Below are positions 9,518 through 18,300 of a DNA stretch of 24,000 nt, one piece after another; the stretch's first letter is position 1; each line of letters begins with the position of its first letter. A model generated the notes under the pieces. The model saw only the letters and a program-made list of their open reading frames with translations. It made no database searches and had not been told where the DNA came from. The position numbers and the translations under genes were made by a program. This stretch comes from Arenicellales bacterium (GTDB taxonomy: Bacteria > Pseudomonadota > Gammaproteobacteria > Arenicellales > JAJDZL01): the NCBI GenBank assembly GCA_963663095.2, contig CAXXJB010000001.1, positions 1,355,203 through 1,379,202 on the forward strand, read 5' to 3'.

Positions 9518-9895
9518 ATGTCCGATGCCCATAAAATCGACATCAATGTCGAAACTCACTACATAGCCAACAACTCCAACCCGGCAGAGCACAGTTTTGT
9601 ATTTGCTTATGTCATTACAATCACCAACGCAGGGACCATTGGCGTGCAGCTGATGACGCGACACTGGATCATCACCGACGGCAACGGCGAAGTGGAGCAT
9701 GTTCGCGGAGACGGGGTAGTCGGTGAGCAACCGCACCTGATGCCGGGTCATTCTTTCGAATATACAAGTGGCGCGGTGCTGGAGACTCCTGTAGGAACCA
9801 TGAAAGGCAGTTATCAGATGGTCACCGATGAAGGGGAGAGTTTTGATGCGGAAATTCCGCAATTCGTGCTGTCTGCGCACAGCACTTTGCACTGA
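9518..9895 (+). CDS. apaG: ApaG (DUF525) protein
   Basis: 125 aa. FVFAYVITITNAG...VQLMTRHWIITDGNGEVEHVRGDGVVGEQPHLMPGHSFEYTSG..L.TP.G.M.GSYQM is the canonical ApaG domain. Confidence 0.92.
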   Translation: MSDAHKIDINVETHYIANNSNPAEHSFVFAYVITITNAGTIGVQLMTRHWIITDGNGEVEHVRGDGVVGEQPHLMPGHSFEYTSGAVLETPVGTMKGSYQMVTDEGESFDAEIPQFVLSAHSTLH

Positions 9896-9906
9896 AACAG
9901 GAATGG

Positions 9907-12363
9907 TCAGATATCCAGATTTTGGACGGACAGGGCCTCTGTTTCGATGAACTCGCGTCTCGGCAGCACTTCGTCGCCCATCAGCACCTCAAACGCCTTG
10001 TCTGTCCGCATGGCGTCTTCGATCTTGACTTTTCGCAGCATGCGCTCGCTGGTGTCCATCGTCGTTTCGCGCAACTGATCTGCGTTCATTTCACCGAGCC
10101 CCTTATAGCGCTGGATGGATATGCCGTCGCGTGCGTCGTCAAGCAGCCAGTCGAGTGCTTCGATAAAACTTACATCGCCGACAGTCTTGCCGCTTTTGAT
10201 GACTTCGACCGTACCTTGCGCATACTTGCTCGACTCCTCTTCAAATCTGACTATCGATTTATAGGCCTGTGACCGTATGAACTTGTCGTCTATCCTGTAC
10301 ACGACCTTGTCGCCGAAGTGCTCCCTGACGATTCGCAGTCGGTAACGCTGGTGCCCGTTCTTCTCACCGTCCAGTTCGATGTCAACTTCGTAATGCGTGT
10401 TGCCATTCAGTTCCTTTACGAGATTTTCCCTTAATTCCCGAGCAACTGCAGTCAAATTCGATTCATCTTCGAATTGTGCTGCATCCAGCACCGACATCTT
10501 GGCCAAGACCGCCAGAACATCACTATCAAATGATCTCTTCAGTGAATTGACGGCGTTTTTGGCACCGACATGGAGCTCACACAGCTTTTCCAAGGCATCG
10601 CCTGTCAGAGTCAGTCTATTCGATTCTTTTTCTGATTCGAATCGAATTTCACTGCCGTTTACCGCAACTTCCAGAATATACCCATTCAGTTCCTGATCGT
10701 CGTTGAGATATTTTTCGGACTTACGATATTTTGCTTTATACAGCGGCGGCTGGGCGATATATAGATGGCCGCCCTCAATCAGACCGGGCATCTTGTTGTA
10801 GAAAAAGGTCAGAAGCAAGGTGCGGATATGCGATCCATCCACATCGGCATCCGTCATGATGATGACACGGTGATAGCGCAACTTTTCAATATCGAATTCC
10901 GGCAAAACACCCGTGCCCAATGCGGCAATCAAGGTCTGAATCTCATCGGAGCGCACAATCTTGTCGAAAGAGGCTTTCTGAACATTCAGAATCTTGCCCT
11001 TCAACGGTAAAATCGCTTGAAACTTTCGGTCTCTCGCCTGTTTGGCCGAGCCACCGGCCGATTCACCCTCTACAAGAAAGAGCTCACTTTCGGCTGGATC
11101 TTTCTCCTGGCAATCAGCCAGCTTACCGGGTAGACTGGTTGACTCAAAAGCGCTCTTGCGGGCCATCGCCTTTTCCTTTTGCGATTTCTCTCGAATGGCT
11201 GCAGCGCTGTTCACCTTTTCGCAGATCAGTTTGGCGACCTTGGGGTTCTCTTCCAGGAACTCAGCCAATCCTTCGGACACCACCGACTGCACCGCACCTT
11301 CAACATTCGATGAAACCAATTTGTCCTTGGTTTGGGAAGAGAACTTGGGATCGTGAAACTTGATCGACAATATCGCGGTCAGACCCTCCCGGGCATCCTC
11401 CCCGGTAACCTTGATCTTCTTGCTGAGTCCCTGTTTTTCCATATATCCCGTAATAGTCCGGGTAACAGCCTTACGGAATCCGGTATTGTGGGTGCCGCCG
11501 TCTCGCTGATACACGTTGTTGGTGTAGCAGCGAATATTTTCGTTGTAGTATTGTTGACACCACTGAAGCGCGGCGTTTACCTGGACGCCATCCTGTTCAT
11601 CGCTTACCGCAATAACCATCTCGTTCAGCGGATGTCGCACACGATTCATATCCGCTACAAATTCAACAATACCGCCTTTGTGGAACATGATCTGTTGCTG
11701 ACCGTCTCGCTCATCATACAATTCAATTCGCACTCCAGGATTGAGATACGACAATTCCCTCAGTCGCTGGTGCAGGGTATCGAATCGAAATTCGGTATCC
11801 GAAAACACTTCGGAAGAAGGCAGGAAGCGGATGGTGGTGCCTGTATTTTCGGTTTCGCCGATCACTTTCAGTGGCTCCACCGGTACGCCGTCACGAAACT
11901 CCTGATAGTGAATCTCGCCTTCTCGATGAATGGTCATCGACAGATGCTCTGACAGCGCATTGACAACCGACACACCGACACCGTGTAACCCGCCCGATGC
12001 GTCATAGGAAAGGTTGTCAAATTTCGCACCGGCGTGCAGGATCGTCATGATGATCGTGGCACCAGGTAAATCTTCGCCGTTTTCACCCTCGCCCTCCATG
12101 ATTCCAGTCGGAATTCCGCGGCCGTTATCAGAGACTGAAACAGAACCGTCGACATGTACTCTTGTTTCAATCCGATCGCAGAATCCCTGTGAGGCTTCAT
12201 CGATCGAATTGTCAACCACCTCCGTGACCATGTGATGGAGTCCGGTACCGTCATCCGTATCTCCGATATACATGCCGGGGCGTGTACGTACCGGAACGAG
12301 TCCGCGTAACACTTGAATATTAGTGTGGTCGTAGGTGTCGCTTGAGGGTTTATCAGGTATCAT
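9907..12363 (-). CDS. gyrB: DNA gyrase subunit B
   Basis: 818 aa. Motifs include YDHTNIQVLRGLVPVRTRPGMYIGDT, HHMVTEVVDNSIDEA, LHGVGVSVVNALS, EGESAGGSAKQARDR, PLKGKILNV and IMTDADVDGSHIRTLLLTFF. The length includes the long C-terminal-domain insertion typical of proteobacterial GyrB, and the protein ends ...SVQNLDI. Confidence 0.97.
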   Translation of the reverse strand: MIPDKPSSDTYDHTNIQVLRGLVPVRTRPGMYIGDTDDGTGLHHMVTEVVDNSIDEASQGFCDRIETRVHVDGSVSVSDNGRGIPTGIMEGEGENGEDLPGATIIMTILHAGAKFDNLSYDASGGLHGVGVSVVNALSEHLSMTIHREGEIHYQEFRDGVPVEPLKVIGETENTGTTIRFLPSSEVFSDTEFRFDTLHQRLRELSYLNPGVRIELYDERDGQQQIMFHKGGIVEFVADMNRVRHPLNEMVIAVSDEQDGVQVNAALQWCQQYYNENIRCYTNNVYQRDGGTHNTGFRKAVTRTITGYMEKQGLSKKIKVTGEDAREGLTAILSIKFHDPKFSSQTKDKLVSSNVEGAVQSVVSEGLAEFLEENPKVAKLICEKVNSAAAIREKSQKEKAMARKSAFESTSLPGKLADCQEKDPAESELFLVEGESAGGSAKQARDRKFQAILPLKGKILNVQKASFDKIVRSDEIQTLIAALGTGVLPEFDIEKLRYHRVIIMTDADVDGSHIRTLLLTFFYNKMPGLIEGGHLYIAQPPLYKAKYRKSEKYLNDDQELNGYILEVAVNGSEIRFESEKESNRLTLTGDALEKLCELHVGAKNAVNSLKRSFDSDVLAVLAKMSVLDAAQFEDESNLTAVARELRENLVKELNGNTHYEVDIELDGEKNGHQRYRLRIVREHFGDKVVYRIDDKFIRSQAYKSIVRFEEESSKYAQGTVEVIKSGKTVGDVSFIEALDWLLDDARDGISIQRYKGLGEMNADQLRETTMDTSERMLRKVKIEDAMRTDKAFEVLMGDEVLPRREFIETEALSVQNLDI

Positions 12364-12443
12364 ATGGAGCAGAATTTCTAGAATTTCCGGTCTTTGACCT
12401 GGTCATCGGCCGGATGAATTGATTAAAATCAACTTTTTGATTT

Positions 12444-13640
12444 TCAGCGATCCTTCAACAGCATCACAAGAAAATTTGAGGATTCATTCCCCGGAAATTT
12501 GAGCAGGCACGCGGACTGGGCATTTTTCAGGTTAAACTCAACTTTGTCGTATTCTTTCATCACCTCGAAAATATCCAGCAGATATTTTCCGTTGATCTGA
12601 AAGTCAAGAGACTCCCCGTTTTGTTCGACATCCATTTGCTCATCAATCTCAGCTTGCGAATTCCTGGATGACTGCGCATGGATTCTCAATCTACCGTCCC
12701 TGACTTGCATCGATGTTGGCACTTCCGGACCTAGAATCCCAACAACTCTGCGAAGTGACGCAATAATATTTTCCCGCGTAACTTGAAAGACACGCGATAG
12801 ATTGGCCGGAATCACACCCCGCCAGTCCGGATAGGTTCCTTCCAAAAGTTTCGAGGTAAACTTAATGTTGGGCGTACTCACCTGCACGTGATTGTCGTTG
12901 AATTCCAGTGTAACCGGTGATGAGAAATCAGCGAGCAACTTGCTAAGGTCCAGCACAGTTTTCCGAGGCACGATTGCGCGGTGCATGCTGTCATTCAGTC
13001 CGGTCACCACTTCAGTGTGGCACACCGCCATTCTATGACCATCGGTAGCCACTGTACGCAACTCGGATTCGTTCATTTCAAACAGCATCGCGTTGAGATA
13101 GTAACGTAAATCCTGAGATCCCATCGCGTGCTGGGCGCGTTGCACGATTGTCCGCAGGTCGGAACGACTGATCTGAAACTTGATATCCCAATCGCCTGCG
13201 TTGAGAATCGGAAATGGACCCGCCAATGTGTCCTGTGCCATTGTCTGCAGACTCAGGTGACTCTTCCCACTCTCACCTTCTGAATTTGCCGCTTCATCTG
13301 ACTCGGTTCGGGAACCGATACCGTCATCCAATTTGTTGATGTTCATCATCCCGTCTGAAATGTCAAACTTCAACTGGCAATCTTTTGGTTGCTGCCGGCA
13401 GTATTCCTGCACCGTCAGACCCGGAAACGCGACCCGTCCAGATTCTGTTACCTGAACATCTGATACGAATTCACTGATCTCTATATCAATATTGGAACCT
13501 GTCAGTTGAATTCCGTTCCTTTCATCATTGACAGTCAGAAGAACGTGAGAGAGAATTGGAATTGTGGGATTTCGGTCAACAACAGTGTTGACTCGATTCA
13601 GAGGATTGAGAATCTGGTCTCGTTCAACAATAAACTGCAT
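12444..13640 (-). CDS. dnaN: DNA polymerase III beta sliding clamp
   Basis: 398 aa. MQFIVERDQILNPLNRV, PILSHVLL, DLRYYLNAMLFE, LRTVATDGHRMAV, FTSKLLEGTYPDWRGVIP and the C-terminal LVMLLKDR are collinear with E. coli DnaN. It carries an extra acidic loop at about residues 104-126. Confidence 0.95.
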   Translation of the reverse strand: MQFIVERDQILNPLNRVNTVVDRNPTIPILSHVLLTVNDERNGIQLTGSNIDIEISEFVSDVQVTESGRVAFPGLTVQEYCRQQPKDCQLKFDISDGMMNINKLDDGIGSRTESDEAANSEGESGKSHLSLQTMAQDTLAGPFPILNAGDWDIKFQISRSDLRTIVQRAQHAMGSQDLRYYLNAMLFEMNESELRTVATDGHRMAVCHTEVVTGLNDSMHRAIVPRKTVLDLSKLLADFSSPVTLEFNDNHVQVSTPNIKFTSKLLEGTYPDWRGVIPANLSRVFQVTRENIIASLRRVVGILGPEVPTSMQVRDGRLRIHAQSSRNSQAEIDEQMDVEQNGESLDFQINGKYLLDIFEVMKEYDKVEFNLKNAQSACLLKFPGNESSNFLVMLLKDR

Positions 13641-13821
13641 AAAAATTCCAAAGGTATTAATTATGTTTTTATTTGGCTTGTGTGCAACTAGAACAAGTCG
13701 ACTTTAGCCAATATAATCAAGCTGTTATATCGAGCAATGCCTGTCGAAAACTTTCTGCAAAACAACTGAGAACATGTGTATCGACAAATTCGCTTGATGG
13801 TCCTCGAAGAACCTCAAAAAC

Positions 13822-13841
13822 TTATGCACACATTATACACT
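13822..13841 (+). promoter_or_regulatory. Tandem DnaA-box pair in the dnaA-dnaN spacer: TTATGCACA (13822-13830) and TTATACACT (13833-13841)
   Basis: The first 9-mer fits the E. coli-type consensus TTATNCACA exactly. The second differs only at the last base. Weaker reverse-orientation matches are TGTGTATCG at 13775-13783 and TGTGCAACT at 13681-13689. Confidence 0.5.
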
Positions 13842-13891
13842 GAAAAGCGTACAGACTGCTGTCAATAAGTCGTTGTTGCAGGTCAGCAAAG

Positions 13892-15262
13892 TCAAGACGA
13901 AAGTATATCTTTCAGGGTGTTGAACTCGGTTCTGAATTCGCTGTCTTTCTCAAGCAGACCATCGATTTTCTTGCTCGCATGCACCACTGTGGTGTGGTTC
14001 TTGCCACCGATTTCCCGGGCAATTCGGGGCAGGCTGTGGGTTGTCAGATTCCTGGACAGAACCATTGCGACATGCCGGGCCCGCGCAATGTTCGCTTTGC
14101 GGCTATTTGAATGGATATCGTCGACCCGAATGCGGTAAAAACGGGCAACTTCCCTGACTATCGTCTGAATATCAATGGGGCGGGCGTTGAACTCGAGCAT
14201 GTCATACAAGACCTGTTTGACTACTGCGATGGTGATCCCCTTGTTTGTGAATCGATGACTGGCGATCAGTTGGTTGAGCGCACCTTCAAGTTCCCGCACG
14301 CTGCCGTAGATTTTTTCGGCGACGAACCTTGAGACCTCTGGGTCAAGTTCGACACCGCGCCTTTCCGCTTTGGATTCAAGGATGGCTATTCGGGTTTCGA
14401 GTTCCGGTGGTTTGACCCGGATCGCGATGCCCTGTCCAAGTCTGGATTTAAGGCGATCCTCCACGCCCTGAATTTCCTTGAAAAACCGGTCACTGGTGAT
14501 GATGATTTGCTTGTTTCCCTCCAGCAGTGCATTGAACGTATGCAGAAACTCCTGCTGCGAGACATCCGCACCGGCAAAATGATGGATGTCGTCGATCAGC
14601 AGCACATCAAGGTCGTGGTAGAAATTCTTGAATCGCTCAATACTCTCACTGTCCTTTCTTTTCATCAGCGTGACCAGATGCCGCACAAAATTGTTCGCCC
14701 TGACATATCGGGTCTGCTTGTCGGGAAACCTTCGAATCAGCTCGCGTCCGGCTGCCTGCATCAGATGTGTTTTTCCGTTCCCGACATCACCGTATATGAA
14801 CAGTGGATTGTGGTCACGCAGTCCTGGCTCTTCGGCCGCTCTTTGTGCCATGTACCTTGCCAGTTGGTTGGATTCACCCACGACATGCTGGTCGAAGGTA
14901 TATTCCGGAGTGAGTTTTTCGAATCCGAAAGGTTGTTTGTTGTTCATCGCTGTCGCTTGGCGACTGTTTGGATTGGTTTTACGACTAAAAGTATTCCCGT
15001 CGGAATTGGCCCCGGAGTTTGATACTGTACCAATATTTACTGAAATTTCGTACTTTTGGCCGGTCAGAAATTCAGCGATCTCGGCAATTTGTGGAAGGTA
15101 ATTTGATTCGATTTTCCGTTTTGTGAAGCGGTTGGGTGCGTTTAGTACAAGAGAAGTGCCGGATTCAACCGCGCTCAGAGAGCGCAGCCAGGCAGTTACT
15201 TCGGCCTCATTGTGGTCTTGCTCCAAACGCGAAAGAGTTTGTTTCCATAGAGCTGAAGGCAT
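13892..15262 (-). CDS. dnaA: Chromosomal replication initiator protein DnaA
   Basis: 456 aa. Walker A is LFIYGDVGNGKTHLMQA and Walker B is LLIDDIH. Other matches are ITSDR, LKSRL..G, the domain IV ARHVAMVLSR.LT..SLP.IA...GGKNHTTVVHA, and the N-terminal LW...L..L......AWL. Confidence 0.97.
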   Translation of the reverse strand: MPSALWKQTLSRLEQDHNEAEVTAWLRSLSAVESGTSLVLNAPNRFTKRKIESNYLPQIAEIAEFLTGQKYEISVNIGTVSNSGANSDGNTFSRKTNPNSRQATAMNNKQPFGFEKLTPEYTFDQHVVGESNQLARYMAQRAAEEPGLRDHNPLFIYGDVGNGKTHLMQAAGRELIRRFPDKQTRYVRANNFVRHLVTLMKRKDSESIERFKNFYHDLDVLLIDDIHHFAGADVSQQEFLHTFNALLEGNKQIIITSDRFFKEIQGVEDRLKSRLGQGIAIRVKPPELETRIAILESKAERRGVELDPEVSRFVAEKIYGSVRELEGALNQLIASHRFTNKGITIAVVKQVLYDMLEFNARPIDIQTIVREVARFYRIRVDDIHSNSRKANIARARHVAMVLSRNLTTHSLPRIAREIGGKNHTTVVHASKKIDGLLEKDSEFRTEFNTLKDILSS

Positions 15263-16068
15263 AATTTTTCAGACCATTTCTAATTCTTTAACTTGGTTTG
15301 AAATGCAATAATATTTGCATGAATATTCGGTATTTTGATACTCGAATGGAGCATGGCGTTCCATAGCCGATTGTAATGCACAGTTTACGCAGTCTGTCAA
15401 ACTTTTTGAGGGTGATTTGTCTCCTTTCCGCTAAGAGATTGATTTTATAAGCCGTTCGAATCCATCAACTACAACTGGCAGCAAAAAAAATTCTGTCATT
15501 GCCAAATAAATTCATGTGAAAGTCACTGGATGGGCTGTTTCCTTACGTTTCGATAACTGCTGAAAAATACTTTGAAATTTCGATAAGGTATTGATTTGTA
15601 AATTAAATTTAAGACTTGATTTGACAAATGTAAGTTGTCCAGTCGATTGATCACGGCAAAATCAAGGCGACGGAGTCAGTCGATTCTACGTGAGAACAGA
15701 CTGGATTCAAACCCTCCGAATATCGTATTCGCTTCACAAAATACATTGAGTATCAACAGAATAAATCACGGATTTACCAGAAAACACACCCCACCTGCGC
15801 GTGACAATAGTCTCTACTTTGGCATGCTGGCCGAGTGGCTCGATTTTCAGCTTGACCAATGTCGAAATAGAGCGCGAAAAGAGATTTGCAGGATAGCCTT
15901 CTATTGAACCCATCGGGAGACTATCGGTGTTGGCTCCAAAGCAACCTAAATTGGTAGTCGAACAAATCTACGAGGGCGATTGGGTGAACAGTGAAATTGC
16001 TATACTGTCTGTATTCGATTTGAGTTTGATTCAGTTCAATATAATCGACTAAAAGTGCCATAAAACGA
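15263..16068. other. 806-bp non-coding, partly AT-rich region between divergent dnaA and frmA; candidate dnaA promoter and/or oriC/DNA-unwinding region
   Basis: No convincing ORF; the only one is a 90-aa TTG-start ORF with no recognisable family. The most AT-rich stretch is about 15540-15640, with short direct repeats TTTCGATAA (15548, 15578) and TTGATTTG (15591, 15616). Gene orientation switches from minus on the left to plus on the right across this gap. Confidence 0.3.
15303..15320. repeat. Inverted repeat ATGCAA-N6-TTGCAT, 41 bp upstream of the dnaA start codon (function unknown, possible operator)
   Basis: Read directly from the sequence: aaATGCAAtaatatTTGCATgaa. The arms are perfect 6-mers. 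Confidence 0.4.
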
Positions 16069-16086
16069 ATGACGGAGGGTGAATTT

Positions 16087-17199
16087 GTGCAGACTAACGC
16101 AGCCGTAGCCTATGAAGCAGGCAAACCACTTGAAATTGAGAGGGTAGAACTTGACGGCCCCAAGGCTGGAGAGGTGATGGTGGAGATCAGGGCCACCGGC
16201 ATTTGCCATACCGATGAATTCACACTATCTGGTGCAGATCCCGAAGGGCTGTTCCCGGCGATATTGGGCCATGAAGGAGCTGGTGTGGTGGTAGATGTGG
16301 GTGAGGGAGTTACCAGTGTGAAGGCTGGCGATCATGTAATTCCTTTGTACACACCCGAGTGCAGGCAATGTGAGTACTGCACAAGCGGTAAGACCAATTT
16401 GTGTCAGGCGATTCGGGAAACACAAGGTCAAGGCCTGATGCCTGATGGAACCAGCCGCTTTTCCCTGGGTGGCAAGCCGCTATTCCACTATATGGGAACA
16501 TCGACGTTTGCGAACCACACTGTCGTGCCTGAAATTGCAGTTGCGAAAATTCGTGAAGACGCGCCATTCGACAAAGTTTGCTACATCGGTTGTGGTGTCA
16601 CCACTGGAATTGGTGCTGTCATGAATACCGCAGAAGTGCAGCCAGGCGATAATGTGGTTGTGTTTGGTCTTGGCGGAATCGGTCTCAATGTTGTCCAAGG
16701 TGCGAGAATAGCGGGTGCTGACATGATTGTTGGCGTTGACATCAATCCGGCACGAGAAGCGCTCGCAGACAGATTCGGTATGACCCATTTCGTCAATCCG
16801 AATGAAGTTGAGGGTGATATTGTGCCATATCTGGTGTCGCTGACGGGTGGTGGAGCAGACTTCAGTTTTGAATGTGTCGGGAATGTCGAACTGATGCGGC
16901 AGGCACTTGAATGCTGCCACAAAGGCTGGGGCGAAAGCATCATCATCGGTGTTGCGGGAGCCGGTCAGGAGATCAGCACACGACCGTTTCAGCTCGTCAC
17001 AGGCCGGGTTTGGCGCGGCACTGCATTCGGCGGTGCCAAAGGCAGGACTGATGTGCCCAAGATCGTTGACTGGTATATGGATGGAAAAATAAATATTGAT
17101 GATCTGATCACCCACAAAATGCCATTGAATAGGATCAATGATGCGTTTGACCTGATGCATGCGGGCAAATCCATCCGCAGCGTCGTCGAGTTCGCGTAA
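16087..17199 (+). CDS. frmA: S-(hydroxymethyl)glutathione dehydrogenase / class III alcohol dehydrogenase
   Basis: [62 protein letters not shown], the Rossmann VFGLGGIGL and the C-terminal GKSIRSVV support the call. I prefer the GTG at 16087, which is preceded by GGAGGG at 16074-16079 and gives 370 aa like homologues. The track ATG at 16069 is the alternative. Confidence 0.93.
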   Translation: MQTNAAVAYEAGKPLEIERVELDGPKAGEVMVEIRATGICHTDEFTLSGADPEGLFPAILGHEGAGVVVDVGEGVTSVKAGDHVIPLYTPECRQCEYCTSGKTNLCQAIRETQGQGLMPDGTSRFSLGGKPLFHYMGTSTFANHTVVPEIAVAKIREDAPFDKVCYIGCGVTTGIGAVMNTAEVQPGDNVVVFGLGGIGLNVVQGARIAGADMIVGVDINPAREALADRFGMTHFVNPNEVEGDIVPYLVSLTGGGADFSFECVGNVELMRQALECCHKGWGESIIIGVAGAGQEISTRPFQLVTGRVWRGTAFGGAKGRTDVPKIVDWYMDGKINIDDLITHKMPLNRINDAFDLMHAGKSIRSVVEFA

Positions 17200-17205
17200 G
17201 TCGTT

Positions 17206-18039
17206 ATGGAAGTTGTCAGCGAGCACCGCTGTTTCGGTGGTGTGCAGGGTATCTATCGCCATCAGTCCCGGCAAACCAAGACTCCGATGCAATTTTCGGT
17301 ATTCGTACCTTCATCAGCTGGCGAGGGCGTGCGTCCCGTTTTGTGGTTTTTATCTGGATTAACTTGTACGGAGGAGAATTTTACGGTCAAGTCCGGGTCA
17401 CAGAAATTTGCCGATAGCCACGGAATGATCTTAGTCGCGCCTGACACAAGTCCAAGAGGTGCCGGGGTCGAAGGCGAGGATGAGAGCTACGATTTTGGAA
17501 CCGGTGCTGGATTTTACCTGGATGCCACTCAACCGCCTTGGAATGAGCATTACCAAATGTATTCCTATATCACCCAGGAACTTCAGAATGTGGTTTGCGG
17601 GAATTTTCCAGTCGACCGTTCACGACAGGGAATTACCGGGCATTCAATGGGTGGACATGGAGCGTTGACTATCGGTTTGAAGAATTCGGAGCTGTACAGA
17701 TCGATATCTGCCTTCTCTCCGATCTGTTCACCGACTCGATGTCCGTGGGGCCAAAAGGCGTTGAGCGGGTATCTTGGGGAAGACCGTAGTGCATGGGTCC
17801 AATACGATGCAGTGGAACTGATCAGAGACGGTCATCGAAGCGGCACGATTCTTGTCGATCAAGGGGATGCGGACAATTTCCTTGATGAGCAGCTGAAACC
17901 GCAGCTTCTAAATTCCATTTGTACTGATACCGGTCAGCCTCTGCAGTTACGTATGCAGCAAAGCTATGATCACAGCTACTATTTCATCTCCAGCTTCATT
18001 GAGGACCACATTGCGTTCCACGCCTCACAATTGAAGTAG
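17206..18039 (+). CDS. fghA: S-formylglutathione hydrolase (esterase D family)
   Basis: The N-terminus HRCFGGVQGIYRHQS....MQFSVFVP, then LSGLTCTEENF, the nucleophile elbow GHSMGGHGAL, DQGDADNFL and the C-terminal YDHSYYFISSF support the call. It lies 6 bp downstream of frmA, the canonical pathway pairing. Confidence 0.92.
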   Translation: MEVVSEHRCFGGVQGIYRHQSRQTKTPMQFSVFVPSSAGEGVRPVLWFLSGLTCTEENFTVKSGSQKFADSHGMILVAPDTSPRGAGVEGEDESYDFGTGAGFYLDATQPPWNEHYQMYSYITQELQNVVCGNFPVDRSRQGITGHSMGGHGALTIGLKNSELYRSISAFSPICSPTRCPWGQKALSGYLGEDRSAWVQYDAVELIRDGHRSGTILVDQGDADNFLDEQLKPQLLNSICTDTGQPLQLRMQQSYDHSYYFISSFIEDHIAFHASQLK

Positions 18040-18199
18040 ATATATCTGGGATCAACAATAGTTGTCCTGAGTTCATGAATGGTACTCCTGACTGTCAATT
18101 CTGTCGCTTGCGATAATGAGAAATTAATTGCTCAACGGAATTGAACTACATTATGTGGCAATCACATCGCACAAATTTAAAGCCCATTTCGTACTTGAT

Positions 18200-18208
18200 T
18201 GTTATAAT
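18200..18208 (+). promoter_or_regulatory. Candidate extended -10 promoter element TGTTATAAT upstream of rpmH
   Basis: A TGnTATAAT match was read at 18200-18208, about 93 bp upstream of the rpmH ATG. No good -35 hexamer lies at 17-bp spacing, which is tolerated for extended -10 promoters. Confidence 0.35.
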
Positions 18209-18300
18209 TTGGCAGTTGCTGTCCACTCCAAGTAGCACGGTTTGAGTTGTCGCAGCATTCGGATAGCAGAATTGAAAACAGAATATCGTGGTTTGAAATT

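Noticed and set aside
9896-9906. The convergent apaG and gyrB stop codons are only 11 bp apart, with no room for a terminator hairpin.
   Set aside because: Tight convergent junctions occur in compact genomes. The sequence shows no structure, so nothing more can be claimed from it.
11332-11952. 206-aa plus-strand ORF, and other plus-strand ORFs at 9922-12235.
   Set aside because: They are antisense shadows of gyrB, whose identity is unambiguous. No ribosome-binding site or family motifs are visible.
15454-15463. tRNA T-loop-like GTTCGAATCC, and separately a D-loop-like GGCCGAGTGGC at 15829-15839, which suggested a tRNA gene or a tRNA fragment used as an integration site.
   Set aside because: The flanking bases do not form a T-stem (AGCCG versus CCATC). 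The two motifs are about 375 bp apart and in the wrong order. No acceptor-stem pairing or cloverleaf can be drawn, and isolated 10-mers are expected by chance.
15635-15907. 90-aa TTG-start ORF in the dnaA-frmA gap.
   Set aside because: It has no Shine-Dalgarno, a rare start codon, and a basic low-complexity translation with no family resemblance. I treat the region as non-coding unless conservation shows otherwise.
16480-17292. 270-aa minus-strand ORF spanning the frmA-fghA junction.
   Set aside because: It is a long antisense frame opposite a strongly supported alcohol dehydrogenase gene, and it crosses the frmA/fghA boundary. Its composition is typical of a stop-poor antisense frame. I see no independent support.
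18069-18097. Imperfect hairpin GTCCTGAGT-N11-ACTCCTGAC after fghA, considered as a terminator.
   Set aside because: The stem has a 2-nt internal mismatch and no trailing T-run, so it is not convincing as an intrinsic terminator.
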